Source: Marsupella aquatica
Lineage: Eukaryota > Plantae > Marchantiophyta
DNA length: 64,000 nucleotides
Assembly (NCBI GenBank): GCA_973895155.1
Contig: OZ316894.1
Span: 5,170,944-5,234,943, forward strand
Direction: 5' to 3'
Positions 13,216 to 25,700 of this stretch are shown one piece after another. Position numbers and translations under genes: made by a program. The first letter of the stretch is position 1, and each line of letters begins with the position of its first letter. The notes under the pieces are model-generated. The model ran no database searches and was not told where the DNA came from. It was given only the letters and a program-made list of their open reading frames with translations.

Positions 13216-13243
13216 TGGAGAGCTTGATCAAGAGAGTACCCAT
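11357..13243 (-). CDS. LINE ORF1 (DUF4283-like region plus CCHC zinc knuckle)
   Basis: 628-aa ORF with APWF...W.P.F..LPVWIEIP and CYKCNVKGHLARDC; the first residues derive from flanking Harbinger DNA. Confidence 0.85.
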   Translation of the reverse strand: MGTLLIKLSTTFLSAQAEWEKQRTAEDGGHEENEFNYGTQVGPAQIEHRRENMYRGHMSSFSGRHYGNNRPQDATMMDQRETEEVTEECVRILKGIAENSKEKWEDNLYTTMEWSLEEAAVNVRQLYNCGALFYFTDRTPLMQVFREWIEETMVKEMRWPVVQVKFVGRNFYLVVFEQPDHRDEALASAPWFMERRFVYAFAWEPAFDVKNESFTKLPVWIEIPFRALILEGCRRRIAESFGPLLYYIQGEEYSSYPHDRACILWDTEREIPASVRIQLREDIVIWQPVIFRNIPFHCYKCNVKGHLARDCTTGLQENDKAGKGQGGISGPEKKETGQDFNNTITDFNNTITEIHGPEEMGPPLAVCANATLRHEGDAFEGEEMNQNAEIEQDLESRGARSNLLVAHSGGVINLSLQGRVREPLFPREGTDYRSIAPLQVSGNASKESNTVSRPMGRLDPGASSFEPVPLGRTVKPSGQIPATPNSSAGGEEAFSYHGDSDIEMSEYDEYILRSQAKARARKQEMRTPQREKINKEKLEGKKQRSLLFSHDNLMDAGSEEQLEGIDREQGRWDKERPRSADGRSEGRTSPLKNLAIRPTDKNGYTVSSRPSTPMSGGGGASPGGRPRI

Positions 13244-14524
13244 TTTGGTGAGTTGAGGTCACTAGGGAATAAGAATGCAAAGAAGCAGAAAGTTGATGAA
13301 TGCAACTCAAGAATGGCAGCCTATGCACAAAGAGAATGGCAGAAATCAGTGCTAGGCGATTGAAGCTTGCAAAATCGCAAGACAGGCAAAATTTATTCAC
13401 ACTCAGGCTTTGTGACATTGATGAGGACTGCCGAGACTACTTCATCAAGAGTAGATAGAAGGAAATGAGAATTGCCATGTTGAAGCTGCAGAGGGAGGAG
13501 GAGGAAGAAGAGAGAGCTGCAGCTCGAGCTCTTAAGGTTGCTTCTAGGCGAGCTGCAACCCGAACCCCTATACTAACTCCGGTTGCAGCACCTCATTCCC
13601 CCCAGGTGATGTTGGTGCAGATAATGCCCCTCAAGAGAGTGCACCTGAAAATGTACAAGGGCACAACATTCCCACGAGGATACCTACAGAGAATTTGGTT
13701 ATATAACTATGGCAACCCACCTCTGAATTTCAGTATCTGGAATTCATTCCCTGGTGCAACACCATATGTACCTTATACCCCATCAACAAATCCACAGGCT
13801 TACTATGGATTTAGATCTATGCTTGCAGAAATTGACCGTGACCTAGCACAAAATCCGTGGTCCCTTTGGCTGAACCTATAGCACAATTTTTAATTGCCTC
13901 TTGAGATTGAGGATGTGCAATTGAGAATGAGTTCCACATTTTAATTTTGCGTACTCAATTAGACTTGGATGTCCATATGCAAGTATCCAATTGCAATTAT
14001 CTAATTTGAGTTTGTACATCATTATAATTGCATCTTTTTTGACTCAATCATGAATTCAGTTGGTATTATTTTTTACAAGATTCCAGTTGTGATCACAAGC
14101 AATGGCATTTCAAATATGCACCATTGTATCACCTGCGCTAGTACAGACAAGTCACTTTGGTAATACCCAATACTGTGTATGTTTTCGGGGCATTTCATGA
14201 GTAGAGGCAAGTCACATCAGCAGAGACTATCTCGTGTGTGTACATTCAGAGCACCTTCAGAAGCCACGAGTTTGGGCATTGGAATTGTGAAGGTCCTTTT
14301 TGTGCATTCATTGGCACAACTGTGAACCTGCCTAGCACAAAGTTCTTTGTTATGGGCCGTGGCAGATTTGCCCTAGAAATGCTTCGGGAGCTGAGTCGTC
14401 TCTCTCATTCTTCCTACGAGTTCTTCCTTGCTGTGCAGTCAGGCTGTCTTTTCCATCGAGCTTTGTTGTGCACAATATGCATTTGCGGGGCTGGGCAATC
14501 AAGGTCAACTTTTCAATCTGAAAA

Positions 14525-14920
14525 ATGCCTTTGAAGCGAGTGACAATGGCCGAAAAGGTCCTCACCATGGCTCCTTCTTGTGAACTTCTGCAGGCAACCC
14601 ATGAGCAGCAACAACAGGACCCCTCCTCCGCCGATGGGAACATCATGCCGGTTGTGGCTGATTCTCCAGAGGAGCCTTTTCCTGATGAGGACCCGGTTGT
14701 GCTTGATCATGAGCAAAGAAGAGTGGGTAGGATCATGCGAATGATCCAGCACCTGGAAGAGGAAGAGGCTGGAGCAGCACGGAAGAAGAAGAGGGAAGCT
14801 CGACTGAAGAGAATTGAGAAGAGCCAGGAGAGGCGAGCAGAAAAGGCTAGGGAAGAGGAGATTGAGCATGATAGTGAGGGCAGTGATGGGGATGGCCGTC
14901 TAATTGATGGAGTTCGCTGA
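14525..14920 (+). CDS. Small charged ORF inside Harbinger copy 1, function unknown
   Basis: 131 aa with RKKKREARLKR basic stretch; also open in copy 2 (39035-39448). Confidence 0.35.
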   Translation: MPLKRVTMAEKVLTMAPSCELLQATHEQQQQDPSSADGNIMPVVADSPEEPFPDEDPVVLDHEQRRVGRIMRMIQHLEEEEAGAARKKKREARLKRIEKSQERRAEKAREEEIEHDSEGSDGDGRLIDGVR

Positions 14921-15567
14921 CAGTATCCCTCACCTTAAGAGCTTCGAAGGGAAATCTCACATTGAAGAGATTCTTATTAGGTTTTGAATTAGCAGCGCAG
15001 CGTCAAAGGGCAAGAGAAAGTTGTAGTTGCACATCAACTTCGCAATAGTTGAGGCTCCACTTCAGGTTTAGGTAGTGCCATCAAATCGACATAGGCAGTC
15101 ACAATAGGTGACTTATTACTTAAACGTATTGCACTTCAGCAAAGGGTTTTTCTACCTACCTGAATACGGCATTCGTGAGAGCATTTTCACACTCTGCTCC
15201 ACTTTTGTACATTTTGAGAAAGATGAATGATAGCACACACTTTTCTGTATATGATGAGTAACTATTGCCTTCACGTTTTGGCCAGAGTGCCCCTCTCGAG
15301 ATTGGATGCAAATAGATTTTCAATTGCAATTGCAAGACAGATGTGATGCCATCAAATCACATTTTATTATAGACAAAGCAGACTCTAAACAATGAATAAA
15401 CTAGGTATCACAAGTCCTGATTTCCCACATAGTCAAAACGGTGGCCCTGTCCTTTCAGGGACCAAAGGTGTGATACCAGGTCATTTCTCAACGAAAAATG
15501 AGTTTCAGCATCTTCAATGGCTCGTGTAGTAGCCAAGTATTCCGCCCAATTCTGCCTACCAAGGTCT

Positions 15568-15910
15568 TGTTAGGTATTTACTCAAGGTCTAGGGTTATGA
15601 CATGTAACCATAGTTAGACTAACCGTAGTCGGAGACGTGGTTAGGTTAACTAGGATGCACACTATATGCCAAGCGATGTTTGCTTGGATAAGTGGAACTT
15701 AGGCTCATTATTATGGAGCCACTTGAGAGATGAGGAGAGCTTACACTGTGGAGACTTGGTATGGTCGATGGGCTTAGAGTTCAGTAAAGCTCTCTTGTGT
15801 GTTCCCGTGGACGTAGCCTCGAGGAGATGAAACACATATATCTTGTGTCGACTACTTGCGCGTTGGATGTGTCATGTGCTTATCGTTACGAGTGTCGTCT
15901 ATGCTCAACA
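15568..15910 (+). mobile_element. 5' LTR (343 bp) of an LTR retrotransposon, probably Copia
   Basis: Starts tgttagg exactly where Harbinger homology breaks, ends ctcaaca, followed by a PBS. Confidence 0.85.
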
Positions 15911-15912
15911 AT

Positions 15913-15924
15913 TGGTATCAGAGC
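15913..15924 (+). promoter_or_regulatory. Primer-binding site complementary to initiator tRNA-Met
   Basis: TGGTATCAGAGC two bases after the LTR's CA. Confidence 0.9.
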
Positions 15925-16691
15925 ATGCTTGGGAGGTGACGTGTGTTTGTGACGGGATTTTGTGACGGTTTTTCCAGCGTTGAGTGTTGGTGGATTTCCC
16001 GGAGTTTTATCGCATGGAACTTGGAGTTTATGGGCTCAACGGATAGCACTACAACACTACCAACCCCTTTTTCAAACCCCGTCCCATCGCAACTAACAAA
16101 GGACCAAATTATGAAATTCCGGCGTTTGCGAAACGCTACGCATCGCAACCCTTTCGCATTCTTTGAAACCCACAGCTTCACAATCGGACTTTCACAACCC
16201 CTTCGCAATACCTTCGCACACTGCGAAACTTATTTTATCACACATAAATCACATTTATGCGATCTCGACAGACTCTTTATCGGTTTGCGACGCGCTCTGA
16301 ACTATAACTTATTTGCGAAGCTGTTGTCTTGACAATTCCGTTGCCATTCATATGGTATCGCATAACTGCGTCAGTCAGGGTGTCGCACAATTGCGGAACC
16401 AAAAGTATCGCAATGTTCCAATACTCAATGTATGGCAAGTTTGCGATAGTATGGCGTTCGCATGTGTTTCACAAGGATAGTTTGAGGGCTGGGTTTTGTA
16501 TATTTGGGTTCATAATTGGGTTGGGGTCTTATTGCTCCACATGAAGATACCAAAGCAAAACTTTATATATGCCAAAAATCCCTGAATGTACAAAAATTAG
16601 GGTTTTCTAAAACCCTATGGGGTATCAAATACCAAGACACTGTCCTTTGACTAATCCATATGCCATATGGAGTGAACTACATCTGCATCCT

Positions 16692-18749
16692 CTAGAATGG
16701 AGCCCGCCTACTCCTCTTTGCTGGCCTCTTCCCCTTGTCCTTCTTGCTTTGGGCGGGACGAGCTGGACGGGAGGGGGGTGGTGGTGGCGGTGGTGGTGGT
16801 GCCTGCTGCTCCTCCCCATCTGGCTCATCCTCATCATCGTCATCATCCTCATCATCATCCTCCTGGTCTCCTGGTGTGCTAGGTGTGGCAACACTCCCTG
16901 CCCCTCTGGACCCACTCGTGGTGGCCCCGGTAGTGTCCCCATCATCAGCGCCGCTATCCTCCTCACTGCTATCCTCACTCCCCTCCTGCTCCTCCTTATC
17001 CTGCTTCCATGTCACAAGGTTAATTCGGGTTTAGGGTTAATAGGAAAAATGTATAAACCTTATAAATGGAATGGGTGCGGGTTTAGAAAGGGTACTACAA
17101 ATCACTCACACTAGCCAACTTTGCATCAACCAACTCAAAGAGATGTCTGGCCCCATGCTCTGCCCCTATCTCCATCTCCTTTGTTGTTATCTTGCGGCGG
17201 TACCTCTTATACTACCACAAAAAAATGAAACACCAAAACATAAGGGGCCCGGGTTAGTAACTAAGGGTACTTAAGCAAAAAAGGAATCCTAAAAAGGGTA
17301 AAAATGGTACCCTAACCAGAAAAAAACCCCATTACCCTAACAAACATTTGTCACTCGACACTAAACGTTTTTCAAAATGAAACAAGCTTTGCGAAACTCC
17401 CACCTTCGCAAATTCAAATATATTTAAGTTTGCGAAATAGACTGCGAATCGGATTGCTTTGCAATGGCTTCGCAAACCTTACGGGAAAAAGGTTATAATA
17501 GAGTTTGCAAAACAATTGCGAGGCAACCCGCTTCGCAATTGTTTTGCAAACTGTGCTTTTAAAAAAATCCGAGAAATGGCTAAGGCACGCAATGTGTCAG
17601 GGTGACCTAAAACGAAAGGGGAGGCCATAAGGGGTAAAGCAAAGGTCTGCGAGGGGCATTGCAGGCAAGCAAACAACAATTGAAGGCAAAGGAAAAGAAG
17701 CAGGGGAGGAGGGGAGAGGACTCACGAAGCTAGGTTGCTTTCAGGCCGGGAAGTCCACCTTGCCCCATCTTGTGTGTGGTCTTGGGGCGTTTGCTGACTC
17801 GGTCTGCTGCAAGGATGAACTTTTGGGGTGGTGTCCCCACTTCATCCACGATGTGCTGCAGCTGAGAGACCTTCTCAGCCAATGCCTTGAGGTCTTTGTC
17901 TGACTTCCCGGCCTGAAGTGCCTTGGCCTCCTTCTCCTTCCAGAATTGGAGGTCCTTGGCTGCTTTCAGCTGCACCTTGACCTTATAGAACGCGTTCCAC
18001 ACATCCTCTGTGAATTGCACTGGCCTCCTCATGTTCCTGTACTCCTGCAAGCTTGCTAGGTAGGCCCTCACCTTCCTCCTATCATGGTATCGTGCTTGAG
18101 ACATTGAATTCAAAATTCTATCTGCAAGCCACTGGTCATCAATCTCTGCTCCATTTCTGAATGAATCTTTGACCCGAGTCATTACTTTCCTCTGCTCTGC
18201 TCTGCTTAGTTTCCCCCACTCAACACCTCGTGCAAAGCTAGTCCTCACAGCAAGCCTGATAGTGCTCTTTGCCCCAGTGTAGGCCAACTCAGTAGGAATG
18301 CCCTCAACCAAGGCAATCAATGGCAGCTTCTTCCTCTCTTCCTCCTTTTTCCGCTGCGCCTCACGTTGTGCTCGAATCTCATCTCGTTCCTCCCTTCTCC
18401 TCTTCTTTTCGAGGGCTGCAGGAGAGAGTACTGCTGCCTTAGCCCTCTCCTCCTTCTTTCGTTTCTTCTCTCTGGCCTTCTCCTCAGCTGCAGCCTTTGC
18501 CTCTTTCTCCCTCTGAACCTGCCCTGCTGCAACCCCGGTTTGCAAAGCTTGCCCTAGAATTGCACTCAAAGAAGCAATCCCAGCTGGTGTACTCAAATCC
18601 AAATGGCTCAGCTGTGTGGCATTGAGATGCTCGGCCATCAAATTCGTCCATTGATTACTCTCCTCATTCATGTTCCCTCCATTGCCATTGCCACTCCCAC
18701 TCCCACTTGCCCCTGCCCCATCCCCTCCACGCCCTCCACTAGAATCCAT
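16692..18749 (-). pseudogene. TnpA/Ptta-like CACTA accessory gene, probably 3 exons, with a stop near the end of exon 1
   Basis: 339-aa ORF ending HKMGQGGLPGL (H..G motif as in Transposase_24-type proteins); GTGAGT donors near 17725 and 17110; acidic/proline-rich last exon 16692-16997. Confidence 0.55.
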
Positions 18750-20042
18750 AGCTATCCAACACCAAGCGCGCGCAAGCTCTCCTCCTGCCCTCCCTCACTT
18801 CAAAAAACGTCGAATGGGCCTCATAACCCGGCAGGAAGGTCCAAATGCCCAGACAAAACACATTTGCGACGCAGTCCGCATCGCAATTTGCAAATCAGCC
18901 CGCTTCGCAACTAGTATCTCAACTTTCCAAAACCAATGCGAAACCACACGCTTCGCAAAGCCTTCGCAAAGCTGTAGAGACGCGAAAAAACGCTCTCGGG
19001 CTCTGTTTTTCCGAAGCTATTGCGAAACATTTTGCTTCGCAAATAATGTGACCAAATTCTGAAGCAGGTTGCGAAGCAGGTCGGTTCTCAATATCGTGGC
19101 AATTCTTGGCGAAATTTTTTTTCACATTCTTTCCCTCCTCCTTTTGTTTAGGCCATGTAAGTTATACTATGCCTTTTTGTGTAATTAAGAAATTCCGCCG
19201 TTTCAAATCCCGGCGTTTGTTAGGGTTGGGTCTTGGATGAAGCTGGTTTTTTTAGGGGTTAAAAGCGAGATTACCAGTCAAACCTTCCGTTTTTTAAGCT
19301 ATACATGGTGTGGGTGTAGGCTAATTTTGATAAGAGTTGGGTTTTGGTTTAAAATTAATAAGTGAGGAAAGGGTTTAGGATTAAAGTTGGGTTTGGGTTT
19401 AGGGTTTAAGTCTTTAATTTTGGGTTTAAGCAGGGTTTGCATTTATGGTTGTAGGCTTTTAGGGTTCAAGCAAGGGTTTAGGGTTTAAAACAAAAGAGAG
19501 GAAGGGGATTGGGAGTGAGGGTCTAGGTTTTTGTAATAGGTCAGAGGTTTGGGGTTGAGGGTTTGGAAAAGGCAAAGCAAGGTTAGATGAGATTAATGTT
19601 TTAGTTGTTTTACCATGGGTTTTATGGGTTTTAATGGGTTTTATGGATCTTTTGGGTTTTAATGGTTTTTCCATGGGTTTTATGCTAACAAAGGAGGAGG
19701 AGCTATGACAACTTGCAGGGTGCGGCACTTTTGCATGAATTGATACTAGCTAATGCGTATGCATCGTGAGAGCCCGGGCATCTGGAGGTACAGACTAAAA
19801 TAGATGGGTCTAGTTAGGCTTATTCATGTAATTAAAATTTTTGGTTCCCACTATCTATAAAGAGGACATGTATGTAAGGTGTTCGCTTTGTGTACTTGCA
19901 GCTTTTCTCATACTTCCAGATTCGGTTCATTATTTTAGAGCCACAAGACCTATTGGCACCGCTGAGCCTGGGTCTCAGAAAGGTATTTTTTAGTGTTCCT
20001 TTTGTGTTTGGTTTCATGTCATCATTACTTGAGAACTTACAT

Positions 20043-22051
20043 TGTAGTATTGTACTAAGGACATAAATCAACATTTAATGTCCAAAACTCGGTATTCGAT
20101 CCCATGGAAGAACAAGAAAGGAATGATTTTCTATCGTTTAACACTTATGAATGACTAAGGTCACAAAAAACACAGGTTTGAGCCTTTTACTATGATTGCT
20201 CAGCAAGGCATAGATTTGAATGTTTGCTTAACATTGTAAATGCAATTAATAAAATGGAAACAAATAACAAAACACAATGAAATTTTGAGGTATGATGAGG
20301 GAGTCTGGAAAACACCAAGGTAACTTCTCATCAATACTTCATTTGATGTGATTTGGGTGGTATATCCGTAAGAACATTTTTGGAATGGTTTACTGTACTA
20401 GGATGATTACTAAAATGCCGTCAACACGTCTCAACTTTTCCTTCCAAAGGTACTCAGAAGAAACTAGTAATCAATCACTTCGATATCCAGTCGGTACTCT
20501 GAGTCACGAATAATAAACACCATCATGATCAAATTGAAGTCACAGGTAATTGGTGAGTAACAATCTTTGCATCCCATGCACAAGCAATGTCACGCCAAAA
20601 ACTATGCATCAAGAACTCAAGAAGATGGGTTGTCACCACTTAAGGAATCTATTCCCTTATACTTCTGAGATTCAACTTCATACAAGTAATTTTACTTCAA
20701 TGATCTAAACTCTCAATCATTCAGACCAAGGAAGGGAGAAGAATTCCTTTTGCATTTGCAAGCAAAGGTGATTCCAGTGCTGCAGCACATGCCACAGGCA
20801 CTACTTTATTTCTTCACACATGAAAATGACACAAATTCTACTTCATATAGGTTAGCAGGAACCCAAGGAGACTGAGATACTGAAAGGACATGCCCTTTCA
20901 TATCTAAAGGGTCTTGAATAAACTTAATAACGATCATCCTTGAAAAGTGAATGGACACTGCTGAAAGTGTCAAAAATGCAGGGGACGCTTCTCAAAGCGT
21001 CGAGGTTTGAGCGGACGCTTTGCAAAGCGTCGGTGTTTGCGGTAAAACTAATAAACAGTGATATTAATCTAATTTTAACTTCTAAACTAAGAGGCGGAAG
21101 GAGTTGAAACTTTTCTAGGGTACTCTACTACATATAGTCTATATGCTGGCAAAGTTTCAGACTTTTCTGAGATCACTAAGTGTCTCAAATAAATCGGTAA
21201 AAGTGGCGCGGTGTTATAAAAGTGCGAAAACTGAAAAATTTTCTAAGTGTCGGGAACATAGTGGACGCTTTAGAAAGCGTCCAAACCTACAAAGGACTTT
21301 TATGGACGCTTCAGAAAGCGTCGGCTGAATTTCGAGGTTTGGTCGTAGCGTCCGTCTTCTGGGCTCCGGGCGGGACGCTTCAGTGGGCGTCACAGTGTCG
21401 AGGTCACCTTCGGGGTAGCAGACGCTTCTGTGGGCGTCGCTCCTCATGTGGATTGCAGAGCGTCGGAGTACAACTGGTTGGGTGGTGGACGCTTCAGAAA
21501 GCGTCGTGGTCTTTGGGTGGACGCTTTTCAAAGCGTCCAAAAATACAAGGGACGCTTTACAAAGCGTCGGCGAAGTCGCGGCTATGCAAAAAACAGCAAA
21601 ACTAAATTAATTCTAACTTTCAAACCACATGTCGGTTTGAGATGAAACTTGCAGGGATGATTCTACTACGCAACTACTACCTCCTGAAAAAGTATGAGAC
21701 TTTTCTGACCATGATAGCTATTTAACTAAAATAGCAGAGATCGGCTGATTGTGATAATTGTATACAGAGCTCATTCTTGTTGAAAAAGTGTTTTGGAGGC
21801 CGGTTCTTGAATCTTCTAGTCTGCATTGCTTCTCCAATGATGTCCAGTCTTCTTTCTTGGTAGCATGTAAAGAACAAGGATTTATATTGGCGATCCTTGT
21901 CCAATACAATAGCCTCCGATGAAGCATAACATTAGGTTAAGTGTTCAGTTGATCTAAATTGCTATAAAAGGTAACTAGATTGTACCTTGAGTTAGAAAAA
22001 GTTTAAAATTTATAAAATTTCCATCATTTCTAACTAATGTACAGCATTACA
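20043..22051 (-). mobile_element. Family C TG...CA unit (solo-LTR-like, 2009 bp) with TSD TACAT
   Basis: Near-identical inverted copy of 58816-60823. TACAT at 20038-20042 and 22052-22056. Imperfect terminal inverted repeat tgtaatgctgtac / gtacaatactaca. Strand is relative to the other copy. Confidence 0.88.
20983..21570. repeat. Array of about nine 18-bp palindromes GACGCTT-N4-AAGCGTC
   Basis: e.g. gacgcttctcaaagcgtc, gacgctttgcaaagcgtc, gacgctttagaaagcgtc, gacgcttcagaaagcgtc; mirrored at ~59298-59883. Confidence 0.9.
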
Positions 22052-22129
22052 TACATTTGTCCAGCTTGATATTGTGATGTTATTTGGTAATAACCCCTAA
22101 CTTGCAAATTATACATCTTTGTAGGGGCA

Positions 22130-22363
22130 ATGTCTTCATCTTCTGAGATCTCCACCACAGATTCTTCCTCCTCCGATGAAGATATACCACCTCCTCCTCA
22201 ACCTCACACGACTGCACCTCCTCCTCGTGGTCCACCCCGTCAGCTTTGCCAATGTGCCAAATGCGTGGGTCAGGTTTCCCAAAAGTCCTATATATGCACC
22301 CAGCATATTGAGAGATATGGACGTTACGGACGTCATACAACAGGGGCTTCCTCATCCCATGTG
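22130..22363 (+). pseudogene. Exon with CxCxxC...H...G motif resembling the CACTA transposase-associated domain
   Basis: LCQCAKCVGQVSQKSYICTQHIERYG followed by a GTAAGT donor at 22364; gene cut off by unit B at 22741. Confidence 0.5.
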
Positions 22364-22740
22364 GTAAGTGTTTACGCCTTAGTTTCTACCCTATTTCCAC
22401 ATCGCAATGGTGAAGGTTTTTAATTTCACACCTCTTGTTGTTTGTTTTGGTTTGGGTGGAATAGGTATCTAGTAGGCCTAGACCTGCGGCATCAGCACCT
22501 TATGTCCCATCACAAGGTGTTCTAGATGCTATAGGCAATGCATTCCCACAAGCCTTGGGTCTAGCAACAGCCCCCTCCAGTCCTAGGGCAGTTGGGGGTG
22601 AGCCTGTTGTCCCAAGAGGGAGAAAGCGTTCCAAGAGACGGCCCCGAGGGGATACTGATTTGTACAAGGCAGTGGTTACCGGTAGGTGGGGTGATTGTGA
22701 GTTTACTGGCAGATGTGTTCCTATCATCAAGGACTCGGAT

Positions 22741-25700
22741 TGTGATGCCTAGACAGGAATCACTCGGCCAGTTAAGTGGGTAAAGCAGGAAGGCACCCTA
22801 GGAACACCTTAGTATAGGGACAAAACAAGGAAAATATAAACCATTAGGGGCAACCATGGAACCCGGGCCGAGGCCGGAGGTAAGGACGCTGAGGGTGAAA
22901 AATCAATTAGGGTTAGGGCGCATTAAGTGTCGGCGGCTAGGAAGGATCAACGGGAAGAAGGACCGGCAGAAGAGAGGGGTAAGGAGCGCTTGCAGGAGAT
23001 GGTGGCTCATTTGCGAGCACGAACTAGGCAGACGACTACGGGAGGCCAACTACTGTCAGCTGCTTAGGCAAGCACTCGGGGAGAGAGTAGATACCGATGA
23101 TCGACCTAAGGAGGGTATGAGCAACGTCAATCAAGCGGCACATTTCTGGGGATGCCTGTTCGAACGGGCAACTGAGTACATCAAGACTTACGAGGACGAG
23201 GAATCAGAAAGGGCAGCTCGAGAATGGCAGGAGCTCGCTCGATTGTGGGAGCTGTAGAAGACGGCTTTCTTAGAAGGCGAACTCATCAAGGACGAGTTCC
23301 TGTGGACGCCTACTTCCAATCAACTCGACGATCTTCTGTTTTGCAAAGACAACGTCGTCGGCATCCGAGAGGCCATCAAGAACTGCAACGACATACACTG
23401 GGAATTAAAGGGTAGCACGGAAAGGTGGACCCAGGCAACGGTGCTAGGAGAAACCTCCACGGCAGCAGAGATGAAGAGGAAGGGAGCCATCAACGATGAA
23501 GCCACCCCGGCAAAAAGAACGAGGTCGGCGGCACCAAAGAAGCCAGCCGAGCAGCAGAGCAGGAGGCAGGGAGAAGCCGAAGAGGAGGAGGTTGATCCCA
23601 TCAAGGCCATTCCAACCAGGGATGACACCTGGAAGGGCTGGGCGGCAACCCTACCGGTGGAGGTGCAACTACATTTTGCACGGGAGGAGGATGCATGCTT
23701 CACGGCCATGCAGACCAAGAAGTACCAAGGCTTCATGGCCGGATCCGGCTTAGAGGCCTTTGTAAGATTACCATGGCTGAAGCCGGAGGTACCGGAGTCA
23801 GACCTATTAGAATTCGTGGGGTCATGGGAACCCGAGACCAATTGCACGAGGATATATGGGAAGGATTTCTATCTTACTCCCAAGGTAATTGCCGAAGTGT
23901 TTAGCTTGCCGATAGGCAATAAGACCAAAGTTGATACCAGGAAGACCTTGCCTGACAAGGAGTTCCGGTCGTTCCCCGGGCCATCAACGAAGAATGGCTT
24001 CTTCCGGAACACCTGCACCAACCCGCACATAGGAGAGATGATCGACTTCTTGCGGGTGACCATGCATTGTAACTTGCCAAGGGCAGAGATCGGCAAGGCA
24101 CAGGTCTATCTGGCAGAAAGGCCAGACCCAAGCCGGGACTACAACGGGTACCTCCTCAACCAATTGAAGAAGCTCTTAAAGGAGGAGCAACAGGTAATCG
24201 GCATGGGGAGCGTATCGCGGCTTGGCTATCACATGCCGCTGTTGTGCCGGTATGCCAGAGGTCAGACTTTTGCCCCGGTACTTCCCCTGCAGGTAAGGGC
24301 ACCCGAGGAAGCTCCAACGCCGAGGCCGTTGGCTGAGAAGCCTCAACCACCTGTTAGCCCTACGATCGAGCAGGTGTTTAGGCCCAGGAAGGAGGACTTG
24401 CCGATGCAACAACCAGGCATGCAGAGTCTGCTGAAACTACTGGAGAACGAAAAGAAATCGGCATCGGCAACAACAACAGCAACGACAACAATGCAGGACA
24501 CTACTACAGAGGTAGGCCTACACCGGCTCACAAGAGAAAACCCCTTTGCTGGAGACAAGAAGAGAATCAGGCCGGAATCCAAGCCTGGTGTTCGAATGTA
24601 TGTGGGAATCTCAAGCTCCGAATCTGAGGCAGAATTGCCTGAAGCTCCTACCGACGAAGAGGAGAGGGAGAAGCCGGACGGCCAAGAAGTAGAGGAGGCA
24701 GTGGAGGACTGCAGCCATGATAATTCCGGCTATGGGTCGGACCATCACGTCCCAGGAGTAAGGACCTGTGGCCGGTTTGTCCCCACACTTCCAAGGGTAG
24801 TGCGAGGGGACCCCAACCAGCAGAGTAGCCCTGAGTCTCCCCCACCAGATGTTGCTCCCCCGAGCTTCGACAGCATAAAACAGACGGTGCAGGAATTTCA
24901 GGAGCGAATCAAGCAGGAAGAGGAGGCAGCCCTGGCTAGGGAAAAGGATTTACCAGGAGGAGATTGGCCGGAGGACATCAGGCGGCTAGCCAAAAAAGGA
25001 AGCAAACCTCTAGCCACGATTGAAGAGATCCGCAAGACGGCTTGGGAGCAGAGGCCGCGATGGGCGATGCCGATTACTTCTACTTACTCCACCTACGCTA
25101 AGAATAGAGCCATGGAGTATGGTGAGATGTGTGGGGAACTTGCGCTCGGCATCTTTGGAGAGGAGTTGGACGTAGGACCCTTTTTCCATAGGGAGCAGTT
25201 GGAGAAGCACCAATTAGAAGAAGCGGTGGCTTTAGAGAGAAGCAAGAAGGACGAGGTCATTCGGCGGCTTAGGAGGATGGAAGCCGAGATTGAAGATCTA
25301 AGGGCGGCCAAGAAAGCCCAAGATGAACTGCGGATTAAACGACATGAGCTGAACATCATGCAGGGGCAGTTGGACACCGCGCAGGCTGATAATCAGAATA
25401 TCAAGGATAAACTGACTCAGATGCAGGGAGAGTTGGCCGACACAATCAAAGAGAGGGAGAAGTGGAAGCAAGAGCTGAAGAATACAGAGGAGGCCCACAT
25501 AACAACCAACAGCCGGGCCATGGCGGAGACCCAAAGAAAGGAATGGGCGTTGAAGGGGGAGCTCAAGAAAATCCGCAGAGCCCTTGAGCAGAAGGAGGCC
25601 GAGTTAGGGAAATCCTATCAAGGGATTATGGCGCTGCAGCAGGAGCTTGCGTCCCTGACGGCCAGCTTCAAGGCCGACCTAAGGGAGAAGGACGAGATGC

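Larger units (their letters stand above)
6533..13460 (+). pseudogene. Harbinger Myb/SANT-like DNA-binding gene, copy 1, split by the LINE
   Basis: FSSAELKQLVCSWMHVLQDPIIGSGQKNDAFWDR motif typical of Harbinger Myb-like proteins; internal stops; resumes at 13216 after the LINE. Confidence 0.75.
840..15567 (+). repeat. Segmental duplication copy 1 (NLR downstream flank plus left part of Harbinger), interrupted by insertions
   Basis: gttatgacactc... at 840 matches 30105. Near-identical ORF translations 975..1163/30240..30428 and 14525..14920/39035..39448. Homology stops at ctaccaaggtct (15567 vs 40075). Confidence 0.93.
2674..15567. mobile_element. PIF/Harbinger DNA transposon copy 1, interrupted by unit A and a LINE, right part missing
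   Basis: TAA (2671-2673) followed by TIR gagcatccccaccggac, identical to 36772; colinear with the complete copy 36772-41635. Confidence 0.9.
16047..22740. mobile_element. CACTA (En/Spm) element, left terminus present, right part lost
   Basis: Begins CACTACAACAC; dense TTCGCA/TGCGAA repeats; TnpA-like gene and an exon resembling the transposase-associated domain. No matching TAGTG terminus found. Confidence 0.65.

Noticed and set aside
15913-15924. tRNA gene
   Set aside because: Only the 12-nt primer-binding site; no tRNA body.
19350-19560. Telomeric TTTAGGG-like repeats (also 5804-5822)
   Set aside because: Scattered, degenerate telo-box-like motifs inside TEs, not an array.
20983-21570. 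CRISPR-like array of palindromic repeats
   Set aside because: Irregular spacing, variable repeat cores, no cas genes, eukaryotic TE context.
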